A stretch of 64,000 bases of DNA. It comes from Terriglobales bacterium (GTDB lineage: Bacteria; Acidobacteriota; Terriglobia; Terriglobales; Acidobacteriaceae). The translations under genes were made by a program, and so were the position numbers. The DNA is taken from assembly GCA_035517775.1 (NCBI GenBank), contig DATIYF010000017.1, forward strand, positions 14,743-78,742, in the 5' to 3' direction. Below, piece by piece: positions 47,398 through 55,561 of this stretch (position 1 is its first letter; each line of letters begins with the position of its first letter). Under the pieces are notes generated by a model. It did not search any database. It was not told the DNA's origin and worked only from the letters and a program-made list of their open reading frames with translations.

Positions 47398-48930
47398 ATG
47401 CCCTTCCCCCGCGCTACCGGCATTCTGCTGCACCCCATTTCCTTGCCGGCGCGGGGCGACATTGGCGATCTCGGCCCCGCCGCCTACGAATTCGTTGACT
47501 TCCTGGCCGCCGCCCGTCAGGGCCTGTGGCAGGTGCTTCCCCTCGGCCCTCCCGCCAACGGAAATTCCCCTTACTCCTCCACCTCCGCGTTTGCCGGCAA
47601 TCCCATGCTCATCAGCCTGGATCGCCTGGCCGAGCGCGGCTGGCTGGCGCCCTCGCGCTTGCAGAATCTCCCGCGGGAAGTCGGCCCCATTGACTATCCG
47701 GCGCTCTCCGAACACAAACTGCCTTTACTCTCCGAAGCTGCCGGCCATTTTCTTGCGAACGCCTCCCCCGGACAGCGCCGCCGCTTCGAGGATTTCTGCC
47801 GCCAGAACGCCTGGTGGCTCGATGATTTTGTTCTGTTTGATGCCATCCGCGCCCGCCGTCCCGGCGTGCGCTGGAGCCAGTGGCCTGCCGGCATTGCCCG
47901 CCGCGAGCCCGCCGCCCTCGAAGCCGCCTGCGCCGAAAACGCCTCCGAGCTGGCCCTTCGCCGCGTCCTGCAATTTTTCTTCTATGAGCAATGGCGCGCC
48001 CTGCGCCTGTACTGCGCTGAGCGCTCCATTCGCGTGGTCGGCGATATCGCTATTTTCGTGGATTACGATAGCGCCGACGTCTGGGCCCACCGCGAGCTCT
48101 TCCGCCTGCGCCACGATCTTGAGCCCGAGGTGGTCTCTGGCGTGCCCCCTGACGCCTTCAGCGCCACCGGCCAGCGTTGGGGCAATCCTCTCTACGACTG
48201 GCAGGCCATGCGCGCGCGCGGCTACGAATGGTGGATTCAGCGCCTGCGCTGGGCCACCCAGACCTGCGACTTCATCCGCCTCGATCACTTCCGTGGCTTC
48301 GCCCAGTTCTGGGAGATTCCCGCCCACGAGCCCACCGCCATCCACGGTCGCTGGGTGGATGGGCCAAAAGACGACCTCTTCAACAAACTGCGCGAAGCCT
48401 TAGGCGGCCTGCCCTTCTTTGCGGAAGACCTCGGCATGATCACCCCCGATGTCTATGAACTCCGCGACCGCCACCATATTCCCGGCATGGCGGTCTTGCA
48501 GTTCGGCTTCGGTGATCCCGGCGCCCACATCTATCTGCCCCACCGCCTTACTCCCAACTGCGTCATCTATACCGGCACCCACGATAATGACACCACTCTC
48601 GGCTGGTGGAATTCCGGCGCCACCGAGTATGAGCGCCGCGCCGTGGAGGCCTGCGTTGGACGCGGAGAAGATGGGGTGCACTGGGCTCTCATTCGCCTGG
48701 CCCAGAATTCTGTTGCCAGCCTGGCGGTAGTGCCCTTGCAGGATGTTCTCGGTCTGGGCAGCGAAGCCCGCCTGAATACTCCCAGCACTCATTTCGGAAA
48801 TTATCTCTGGCGCTATCAGCCCGGCTCGCTCAAGCCCGAGCTCGCGCGGCGTCTGGCCGATCTGGCCGAAGTGACCGACCGCCTGCCGCAGCCTGTCCCC
48901 ATTCCCCCCGCCGAAGATTTCGCGGCCTGA
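47398..48930 (+). CDS. malQ: 4-alpha-glucanotransferase (amylomaltase, GH77)
   Basis: RATGILLHPISLP N-terminus, IRLDHFRGF, YTGTHDNDT. Confidence 0.93.
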   Translation: MPFPRATGILLHPISLPARGDIGDLGPAAYEFVDFLAAARQGLWQVLPLGPPANGNSPYSSTSAFAGNPMLISLDRLAERGWLAPSRLQNLPREVGPIDYPALSEHKLPLLSEAAGHFLANASPGQRRRFEDFCRQNAWWLDDFVLFDAIRARRPGVRWSQWPAGIARREPAALEAACAENASELALRRVLQFFFYEQWRALRLYCAERSIRVVGDIAIFVDYDSADVWAHRELFRLRHDLEPEVVSGVPPDAFSATGQRWGNPLYDWQAMRARGYEWWIQRLRWATQTCDFIRLDHFRGFAQFWEIPAHEPTAIHGRWVDGPKDDLFNKLREALGGLPFFAEDLGMITPDVYELRDRHHIPGMAVLQFGFGDPGAHIYLPHRLTPNCVIYTGTHDNDTTLGWWNSGATEYERRAVEACVGRGEDGVHWALIRLAQNSVASLAVVPLQDVLGLGSEARLNTPSTHFGNYLWRYQPGSLKPELARRLADLAEVTDRLPQPVPIPPAEDFAA

Positions 48931-48972
48931 ACCTTATCGCAGGTGTGGGGACAGCCGCCCCCGGCTTGTCCA

Positions 48973-48989
48973 GTGGAGCGAAGCTCCAC
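48973..48989. repeat. GC-rich hairpin GTGGAGC-gaa-GCTCCAC followed by GGTGGC (REP-like; related copy at 59041)
   Basis: Read directly. It shares gaagc.ccacg...ccacggtggc with 59041..59072. Confidence 0.45.
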
Positions 48990-49006
48990 GGTGGCAGGGG
49001 CGCATC

Positions 49007-49035
49007 AAAAAAGCCGGAACCTTGCGGCTCCGGCT
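49007..49035 (-). terminator. rho-independent terminator for the XRE-family gene
   Basis: On the minus strand: AGCCGGA-gccgcaaggt-TCCGGCT followed by TTTTTT (complement of the A-run at 49007-49012), 55 nt downstream of the stop at 49090. Confidence 0.55.
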
Positions 49036-49089
49036 CAAGTTGGCAGTTTGCCCGGAAAAAAATCGCGTGGCGCGGACGCCCTCGCCTGA

Positions 49090-49629
49090 TTACGCACTCC
49101 TTCTCGGCCGCACCGTCAAATCCCGCACCTGCGTCAGCACGCTCGACATCTGCAAGGCGCTCAGCTGCGAGACGAACGGCAGCAGTTCGGCAATGAACTG
49201 GTCTTTCATCAGGTCGCGCACTTCTTCCTGCCGGCCGCGCTCGCCGCCGCTCAGCAGGTCAGGCACGCTCACTTCCAGCGCCCGCGCCAGCCGTTCCAGG
49301 GAAGAAAGCGTGGGCGTCGCTTTCTCGTTCTCGATTTTGGAAACGTAGGTCCGGGGCACGGCCATGCGCGTCGCCAGTTGCCGTTGGCTCAGGCCGTTGC
49401 GCAGGCGCAGCGACCGGATCGCCGCCGCCAGGTTCAAATGCCCCCGGCTGCCGCCGCTCAGCGTGACCAGCTGCGGCTCGGGCACGGCCTCCACCATCTC
49501 GGGCTCGTCCTCGTCCAAAGCCGTGTGGCACCGGCGGCAAAGATTATTGGTTGTTCGGAATTGAACCAGCAGGCAACGGTCGCAACGAACCACTTCCCTT
49601 GAATCTACCGGGGCAAGCGTGGTGGCCAT
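49090..49629 (-). CDS. XRE-family HTH transcriptional regulator with N-terminal zinc-ribbon
   Basis: CDRC...CRRCH four-Cys ribbon. HTH LSQRQLATRMAVPRTYVSKIENEKATPTLSSLERLARAL. Confidence 0.8.
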   Translation of the reverse strand: MATTLAPVDSREVVRCDRCLLVQFRTTNNLCRRCHTALDEDEPEMVEAVPEPQLVTLSGGSRGHLNLAAAIRSLRLRNGLSQRQLATRMAVPRTYVSKIENEKATPTLSSLERLARALEVSVPDLLSGGERGRQEEVRDLMKDQFIAELLPFVSQLSALQMSSVLTQVRDLTVRPRRSA

Positions 49630-49665
49630 CTAGGTTTGGGAGTTGCCAGAGCGGAGGCGTCTCCT

Positions 49666-49693
49666 GGAACTTCAAAAACCTGCACGAAGTTCC
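49666..49693. promoter_or_regulatory. inverted repeat GGAACTTC-N12-GAAGTTCC in the divergent XRE/HD intergenic region (candidate operator)
   Basis: Read directly. A second inverted repeat ATTCTGG-N8-CCAGAAT lies at 49740..49761. Confidence 0.35.
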
Positions 49694-49820
49694 AACCTGC
49701 AGCGTAATCTGCGGTACGATGCCTGTGGATGTCAAGGAAATTCTGGCGCGAAACCCAGAATATTCCGGCTACAACACCGGCATCTACCGGAGAAAACCGG
49801 GAGAAAACGGGTAAAACTTC

Positions 49821-50426
49821 ATGCCCACTCGCCAGGACGCCTGGGGTTTACTAACTGAGTTCACTCAGTCGGAAAGTTTGCGCAAGCACGCCCTTGCCGT
49901 CGAGGCTTGCATGCGCGCCTGCGCCCGCAAGTTTTCCGCCGACGAAGATCTTTGGGGCGTGGTCGGACTTATTCATGACTTCGACTATGAGAAATGGCCC
50001 AGCCTCGAAGATCACCCTTACAAGGGCAATGAGATTCTGGCGCAGCGCGGCTACTCCGAGGAAATTCGCCGCGGCATCCTGTCCCACGCCGAGTACACCG
50101 GCGTCTCTCGCGACACGCCGATGGAAAAGGCCCTCTTCGCCTGCGACGAGCTCGCCGGCTTCATCACCGCCGTTGCCCTGGTAAAACCCGGCAAGTCCCT
50201 GGCCGAGGTGGATGCGAAATCTGTGCGCAAAAAGATGAAAGACAAGGCCTTCGCCCGCAGCGTCCACCGCGAAGACATCGTGAACGGGGCCGCCGCTCTG
50301 GGCGTGGATCTCGAAGAGCACATTGCCTTCTGCATCGAGGCCATGAAAGGAATTGCGGAGACGCTCGGTCTGGATGGCCGTGCCGCGAAATCCGATGCCA
50401 ACCGCGAACTGGGACCTCACTCCTGA
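49821..50426 (+). CDS. HD/HDIG-domain metal-dependent phosphohydrolase
   Basis: H...HD pattern: KHALAVE...GLIHDFDYEKW, later ILSHAEYTG and DELAGF. Confidence 0.85.
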   Translation: MPTRQDAWGLLTEFTQSESLRKHALAVEACMRACARKFSADEDLWGVVGLIHDFDYEKWPSLEDHPYKGNEILAQRGYSEEIRRGILSHAEYTGVSRDTPMEKALFACDELAGFITAVALVKPGKSLAEVDAKSVRKKMKDKAFARSVHREDIVNGAAALGVDLEEHIAFCIEAMKGIAETLGLDGRAAKSDANRELGPHS

Positions 50427-50451
50427 GAACCGGCTGTCTAAGGCCTGAAAA

Positions 50452-50497
50452 CCTTCGTGTGCCTTCGCGCCCTTCGTGGTCCGTGAATTGACGAAGC
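50452..50497 (-). repeat. 46-nt repeat (left flank of VapBC), member of the AACCAC-(CGAAGG)n family
   Basis: ccttcgtgtgccttcgcgcccttcgtggtccgtgaattgacgaagc. By my alignment, 39/46 identical to 51253..51298 in direct orientation. Confidence 0.7.
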
Positions 50498-50551
50498 TAC
50501 CGGCCTCCATGCCATTGAGCATAAGTAAGGAATCCGTGATAAAGTAAGGAT

Positions 50552-50800
50552 ATGGCGATCTTGGAGAAGCAAGCCAAAATTACCAGTAAAGGGCAAATCA
50601 CCGTGCCTCGCGAAGTCCGGCGCATCCTGGGCGTCACCAGCGGGGACCGCCTTGTATTTGAAAGCGACGGAAGAAGCGTCCGCGTGCGTCCGGTTCGTAG
50701 CAAACCTGCTTTCCATAAGTATCGCGGCATCGGTAATCCGCGAATCGGCTCCGGAAAGAAAGCAATCTCCCGCTGGCTGCGGCAGATGCGCGGCCAATGA
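50552..50800 (+). CDS. vapB: AbrB/SpoVT-type antitoxin (VapB-like)
   Basis: ITSKGQITVPREVRRILGVTSGDRLVF looped-hinge-helix motif. 82 aa. 4-nt overlap with the PIN gene. Confidence 0.85.
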   Translation: MAILEKQAKITSKGQITVPREVRRILGVTSGDRLVFESDGRSVRVRPVRSKPAFHKYRGIGNPRIGSGKKAISRWLRQMRGQ

Positions 50801-51219
50801 CTACCGCGCTTGATACCAACGTCATCATCGCTCTATGGGACAAGGATCCCGCTCTGAGCCTCCGCGCACAGATAGCCCTCGAAGCCGCATTTCGCCGCGG
50901 TCCTCTGACGATCGCAGCGCCCGTCTTTGCCGAATTGATTGCCGCCCCGGGCCGGACAGAATTCTTTGTCGATTCGTTCTTGGAAGAAACCGGCATTGCC
51001 GTGGATTGGGTGCTGGACGAGCCCGTCTGGCGCTCTGCCGGGCGTGCTTTCCAGGCTTATGCCGAGCGTCGCCGCAAGCAACGCGATGCGGGCGCCCGGC
51101 GCATCCTGGCGGATTTCATGATCGGAGCCCACGCATTCTCGCGTGGCTTTCGCCTGCTGACGCTGGATGAGCACCTGTATGAGACCGCATTTCCTTCTCT
51201 TACAATCGCGACCATATGA
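50797..51219 (+). CDS. vapC: PIN-domain ribonuclease toxin (VapC)
   Basis: N-terminal LDTNVIIALW acidic motif and later DFMIGAHA. 140 aa. Confidence 0.88.
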   Translation: MTTALDTNVIIALWDKDPALSLRAQIALEAAFRRGPLTIAAPVFAELIAAPGRTEFFVDSFLEETGIAVDWVLDEPVWRSAGRAFQAYAERRRKQRDAGARRILADFMIGAHAFSRGFRLLTLDEHLYETAFPSLTIATI

Positions 51220-51252
51220 CGCGGCCGCCGGCTGAGAACGGAGAAGCGGCAG

Positions 51253-51298
51253 CCTTGGTGTGCCTTCGTGCCCTTCGCGCTCCGCGAATTGACGACGT
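51253..51298 (-). repeat. 46-nt repeat (right flank of VapBC)
   Basis: ccttggtgtgccttcgtgcccttcgcgctccgcgaattgacgacgt; direct repeat of 50452..50497. Confidence 0.7.
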
Positions 51299-51338
51299 TG
51301 CCGGCCGCCGTGCAATCAAGGAATCATCCAGGGGAACA

Positions 51339-52922
51339 TCACCTTAGCACTTCGCCCAACTTCCCGTGGGCTATCAAATCACACACCCGCGCCATGTCCC
51401 CGTACATGACTCTATCTTTTTCCACGGTGGCGCAGACCGCTCGAATCGCCGCGTGCGCCGCCTGTCCGCGCTTCGAAGTCTTGAGCGGCAGCAGAAAATC
51501 CAACGCCTGCGCCGCCGCCATGGCTTCAATTGCCAGCACGTTCCGCGTGTTCTCCACAATGCGCCGCAGCTTCAGCGCCGCCGTCATGCCCATGGAAACG
51601 TAATCTTCCTTATTGCCCGAGGTGGTGATCGAATCCACCGACGCAGGGTGCGCCAGCACCTTGTTCTCGCTCGCCAGCGCCGCCGCGGTCACCTGCGGCA
51701 TCATGAAGCCCGAATTCAGCCCCGCGTCCGGCGCCAAAAATGGCGGCAGACCTTCATTCAGCGCCGGGTTCACCAGTCGCTCGATCCGCCGCTCAGAAAT
51801 TCCCGCCAGCGCGCTCAAAGCGATCCCAAGAAAGTCCAGCGCAAAGGCCACCGGCTCGCCGTGAAAATTCCCGCCCGACAGCACCTCGCCTTCGCCCTGG
51901 CTCTGACCGGCAAACACCAGCGGATTATCCACTGCCGAGTTCGCTTCGGTCTCCATCACGCCGCGGCAGTGGGCCAACGTGTCGCGCACCGCGCCGTGCA
52001 CCTGGGGAATGCAGCGCAGCGAGTACGCGTCCTGCACCCGCCCGCACTCGGCATGAGACTTGCGAATCTCGCTCCCTTCCAGCATCTTGCGCAGGTTCGC
52101 GGCGGTCGCCAGTTGCCCGCTGTGCGGCCGCGATCTATGAATCCTCTCATCAAAGGCCACGTCCGTTCCGCGCAGCGCGTCCAGAGTCAGCCCGCCAATT
52201 ACGTCGGCGGAGTCCACCAGTGTTTCCGCTGCCAGCAGCGCCAGCGTTCCCACCGCCAGCATGCCCTGCGTTCCGTTGATCAATGAGACCGCTTCCTTGG
52301 CCTCAAGCACGAGCGCCCTGATCTGGGCCTGATGCAGGGCTTCCACCCCCGGCCTGCGTGCGCCCTTTTCGTCGAGGCATTCGCCCTCTCCGATCAGCAC
52401 CAGCGCCAGATGCGCCAGCGGCGCCAGGTCTCCGCTTGCCCCCACGCTCCCTTGCGAGGGGACGAAAGGCGTCACTCCGCGATTCAGCAACTCGCACAGC
52501 GTATCAATCACCATCGCGCGCACGCCGGAGTAACCCTTCGCCAGCGAATTCGCCCGCAGCAGCATCATGGCTCGGGTCTCAGCCGCCGGCAGCGGCTCTC
52601 CCACCCCCACCGCGTGCGAGCGCAGCAGGTTCACCTGCAGCTCGCGAATCTGCTCGCCGGCAATGCGCACGTCGCTCAACTTGCCTACGCCGGTAGTGAT
52701 TGCGTAGGAAACCTTGTTGCCGGCGACCATGGCGTCCACCACCGCGCGTGCTCGCTCCACCGCTTCGCGTGCATCCGGAGCCAGCAACACCGCGCGCCGC
52801 TCGGTCGCCACTTCGCGCACCGCTTCCAGCGTCAGATCGTTGCCGTTGATGTGAAGCGCCTTCAAAGCTTTGCCGTCACGTTTTTGCCTCGGTGTCCTTT
52901 GCGCCTCTGTGGTTGGGATCAA
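51339..52922 (-). CDS. hutH: histidine ammonia-lyase
   Basis: MIO-forming GSVGASGDLAPLAHL. The selectivity motif LLRSHAVGVG (Ser-His) is as in HALs rather than TAL/PAL. Confidence 0.92.
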   Translation of the reverse strand: MIPTTEAQRTPRQKRDGKALKALHINGNDLTLEAVREVATERRAVLLAPDAREAVERARAVVDAMVAGNKVSYAITTGVGKLSDVRIAGEQIRELQVNLLRSHAVGVGEPLPAAETRAMMLLRANSLAKGYSGVRAMVIDTLCELLNRGVTPFVPSQGSVGASGDLAPLAHLALVLIGEGECLDEKGARRPGVEALHQAQIRALVLEAKEAVSLINGTQGMLAVGTLALLAAETLVDSADVIGGLTLDALRGTDVAFDERIHRSRPHSGQLATAANLRKMLEGSEIRKSHAECGRVQDAYSLRCIPQVHGAVRDTLAHCRGVMETEANSAVDNPLVFAGQSQGEGEVLSGGNFHGEPVAFALDFLGIALSALAGISERRIERLVNPALNEGLPPFLAPDAGLNSGFMMPQVTAAALASENKVLAHPASVDSITTSGNKEDYVSMGMTAALKLRRIVENTRNVLAIEAMAAAQALDFLLPLKTSKRGQAAHAAIRAVCATVEKDRVMYGDMARVCDLIAHGKLGEVLR

Positions 52923-53108
52923 CTGAGGCAGAGATCACCTGACCACGGAGGGCGGCAAACGAAACCGGGAAGCGCCCTGTTTCAGAATTCAGCGGCGGTT
53001 GTCAATCGAATTTCTGGCCGCTTCTAAGCTCTCCCAAAATGGGAAATCCCGCTAACTCCAACTCGTCAGACTACTTACGCCATTTTCCCAAACTGGGCAA
53101 ATCCACAG

Positions 53109-53126
53109 ATGTTCCGTGCGGAACAT
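53109..53126 (-). terminator. hairpin ATGTTCCG-tg-CGGAACAT downstream of the thioesterase gene
   Basis: Perfect 8-bp arms read directly, 22 nt below the stop at 53148. Only a weak T-run follows on the minus strand. Confidence 0.3.
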
Positions 53127-53147
53127 TAAGCGCGTTTCTGCCCCGCT

Positions 53148-53582
53148 CTACCGCCCCACTGCCTCGCGAAACACGCTCATGTACTTCTCTGGCAGGGGAG
53201 CGCTCTTCATCTGCGCGTTGGTCACGATGTGTGTGGTCTCGCCCTCAGCCAGCACCGCGCCGTCGCTCGCGCGCACCAGTTCATAGCCAAAATGCACCAC
53301 CGTTTCGCGCACGTTTTTCAGGCGTGTGCGCACAAGCACCTCATCGTCATAGCGCACCGGCGCCTTGTAGCGGCAGCGCGCCTCCACCACCACGATATAG
53401 CAGCCATCCTGCTGCTCCATGTCGCGGTAGGAAAAGCCCAGCTGGCGCAGCAGCTCCACCCGCCCAATCTCAAACCAGATGAAGTGGTTGGCATGATAGA
53501 CCACGCCCATCTGGTCGGTCTCAGCGTAGCGCACCCGCACCCGGCTCTCTGAAATCATAGGCGAGTGGTTGCCGCCGCTCAC
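53148..53582 (-). CDS. acyl-CoA thioesterase, 4HBT/YbgC family
   Basis: VRVRYAETDQMGVVYHANHF hotdog active-site motif. The GTG start overlaps the upstream stop (GTGA). Confidence 0.85.
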   Translation of the reverse strand: MSGGNHSPMISESRVRVRYAETDQMGVVYHANHFIWFEIGRVELLRQLGFSYRDMEQQDGCYIVVVEARCRYKAPVRYDDEVLVRTRLKNVRETVVHFGYELVRASDGAVLAEGETTHIVTNAQMKSAPLPEKYMSVFREAVGR

Positions 53583-54361
53583 TGGCCACTCCAGCGCGGC
53601 TTGCGCTTTTCCAGAAAGGAAGTGATGCCCTCGCGAAAATCTTCCGTGGCGCGGATGGCGGCGTTCTCGCGCACCGCGGCTTCGATCTGCGCATCGAGCT
53701 CAGCGCGTGCGTGCTCGGTGAGCAGGCGCTTGGTCAGCCGCAATGAGGCCGGGCTGCTCTCCATGATCTGCGCCGCGAGTTCATGCGCGCGCGCCATCAA
53801 CCTCTCCGCCGGCACGATTTCGTTGATCAGGCCCAGGCGCAGCGCCTCCTCGGCGGCGAAGAGCCTGCCGGTCAGCAGCAGGTCGCGGGCCTGCTTCTCC
53901 CCCACCTGGCGCAGCAGGAAGGTCGAAACGATGGCGGGCACGAACCCGATGCGCACCTCAGTGTATCCAAACCTGGCTTCGGGCACGGCCAGCGTGAAGT
54001 CGCACAGCAGCGCCAGGCCGGTGCCGCCGGCGATGGCTGGGCCATTGACCGCGGCGATTGTGACCTTCGGGAACTCATAGAGCGAGCGGAACAACTGCAC
54101 CATGGTGCGCGAGTCTTTGAGGTTCTGCTCGGGGGTGCGGCCCACCAGGGCCTTCAGGTTCTCCAGGTCCATGCCAGAGCAGAAGGCCTTGCCCGCGCCG
54201 GTGAGCAAAAGCACCTGCGCCGGCGAGCGCTCGACTTCGGCTAGCGCACGCAACAAGTCTTCGATCAGCTCATAGCTGATGGCGTTGCGCTTCTCGGGGC
54301 GGTTGAGGGTGATCGTCGCGAGCGCGCTGTCGTAGGTGAGTTGGAGAGTCCTGTAGTCCAT
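53579..54361 (-). CDS. enoyl-CoA hydratase (methylglutaconyl-CoA hydratase-like)
   Basis: Crotonase motifs RPEKRNAIS, LLLTGAGKAFCSGMDL, AAVNGPAIAGG. The start is set at ATG 54361 (MDYRTLQL); the ORF-track TTG 54403 lies in a REP-like hairpin. Confidence 0.88.
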   Translation of the reverse strand: MDYRTLQLTYDSALATITLNRPEKRNAISYELIEDLLRALAEVERSPAQVLLLTGAGKAFCSGMDLENLKALVGRTPEQNLKDSRTMVQLFRSLYEFPKVTIAAVNGPAIAGGTGLALLCDFTLAVPEARFGYTEVRIGFVPAIVSTFLLRQVGEKQARDLLLTGRLFAAEEALRLGLINEIVPAERLMARAHELAAQIMESSPASLRLTKRLLTEHARAELDAQIEAAVRENAAIRATEDFREGITSFLEKRKPRWSGQ

Positions 54362-54391
54362 TGTCGTATCGAGCCAGCTGTTGCAACGAAC

Positions 54392-54461
54392 GAGACGTTG
54401 CAAGCAACGTCTCTACAAACTGTGCCTGGGCAAAGCCCGTAGAGACGTAGCTTGCTACGTC
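54392..54461. repeat. two tandem related palindromic hairpins (GAGACGTTGC-aa-GCAACGTCTC and GACGTAGC-tt-GCTACGTC)
   Basis: Read directly at 54392..54413 and 54444..54461. Both are built on AGAGACGT.GC. They lie between the HMG-CoA lyase stop and the hydratase start. Confidence 0.6.
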
Positions 54462-54543
54462 CCGGCCGCGCCGTGCTGGATCTCAGTCTCCATTTTCGAG
54501 GCCGGTTCTCTTCGCAGGCGTTGCCGGCAACGTGTCTCCAGGT

Positions 54544-55422
54544 TCAGTCGGCGGCATGGGAACGAGTGTACCGCGCCCCGATCTCGGCGGTGGCACGCAG
54601 CAACGTATCGAGCGGCTTCAATGTGGGCAAGGCCGCATGGCGCTGCTGCAGCGCTTCAAGCACGCGCTCGGTGGCAAGGTTTCCAACCAGCGCATCCTGC
54701 GCAAAGGGGCAGCCGCCCAGCCCGCCCAGCGCGGAATCGAAGCGGCGGCAGCCGGCGTCGTAAGCCGCCAGAACTTTCTCCGCCGCCTGCTCGGGCCGGC
54801 TGTGAAGGTGCACGCCGATCTCCAGGTAACCATAGTTCGCCAGCACCGCCGCAACCAGCTCGCCGACCTGCGGCGGCCCCGCCAGGCCGACGGTATCGGC
54901 GAGAGAAATCATCTTGATGCCGTAGCCTTCGAGCAGTCCGACGGCCTCGACCACTTCTTCCGCGCTCCAGGCATCGCCGTAGGGATTGCCGAAGGCCATA
55001 GAAATATAAACCACTGTGTCGAGGCCAGCCCCCTCGCCCTTTTGCGCGATCTTTTCCAGTTCGTCAATGGCCTCATCGAGGGTCTGGTGTTGATTGTTGC
55101 GCAAAAAAGTTGGCGAGACCGAGTAGGGAAAGCCGAGCGTGCGCACAGCCTGAGTGTTGATGGCGCGCTGCGCGCCCTTTTCGTTGACCACGATTCCGAT
55201 GATCTCGACATCATCGGGCGGGTCGAGCTCGCTCAGCACCTCTTCCGAGTCGGCCATCTGCGGAACCGCTTTAGGAGAGACGAAAGAGACGGCATCAATG
55301 TGCTTGAAACCCGCGCTGATCAAGGCTTTCAGGTAGTCGGCCTTGAGCGAGGCTGGGATCTGGCCCTCCAGCCCCTGCCAGGCATCGCGCGGACACTCGA
55401 TCAGTTTGACAGCGTCAGACAT
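54544..55422 (-). CDS. hydroxymethylglutaryl-CoA lyase
   Basis: IECPRDAWQG N-terminal motif, later MAFGNPYGD, and GGLGGCPFA near the C-terminus. Confidence 0.9.
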   Translation of the reverse strand: MSDAVKLIECPRDAWQGLEGQIPASLKADYLKALISAGFKHIDAVSFVSPKAVPQMADSEEVLSELDPPDDVEIIGIVVNEKGAQRAINTQAVRTLGFPYSVSPTFLRNNQHQTLDEAIDELEKIAQKGEGAGLDTVVYISMAFGNPYGDAWSAEEVVEAVGLLEGYGIKMISLADTVGLAGPPQVGELVAAVLANYGYLEIGVHLHSRPEQAAEKVLAAYDAGCRRFDSALGGLGGCPFAQDALVGNLATERVLEALQQRHAALPTLKPLDTLLRATAEIGARYTRSHAAD

Positions 55423-55429
55423 TATTCTT

Positions 55430-55554
55430 CACCACCGGGACACGGGAGGCACGGAGAAAGTCACAAGACTCTCCTCCGCGCACCAGTCTCGAGACATTGA
55501 AGTTGATGAGGAGGCTCATGAAGCAGCTTGCTTGGTGTCTCCGCGCCTTCGTGG
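55430..55554. repeat. inverted pair of AACCAC-(CRRAGG)n-family repeat units
   Basis: 55430..55460 reads caccaccgggacacgggaggcacggagaaag. 55534..55554 reads ggtgtctccgcgccttcgtgg, the opposite orientation. They sit in the intergenic region between MCC-beta and HMG-CoA lyase. Confidence 0.5.
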
Positions 55555-55561
55555 GCCAAGA

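Noticed and set aside
51339-52922. The aromatic ammonia-lyase could be a tyrosine/phenylalanine ammonia-lyase (secondary metabolism)
   Set aside because: The selectivity position reads Ser-His (LLRSHAVGVG), as in histidine ammonia-lyases, not His-Leu or Phe-Leu. However, no hutU or hutI gene is adjacent.
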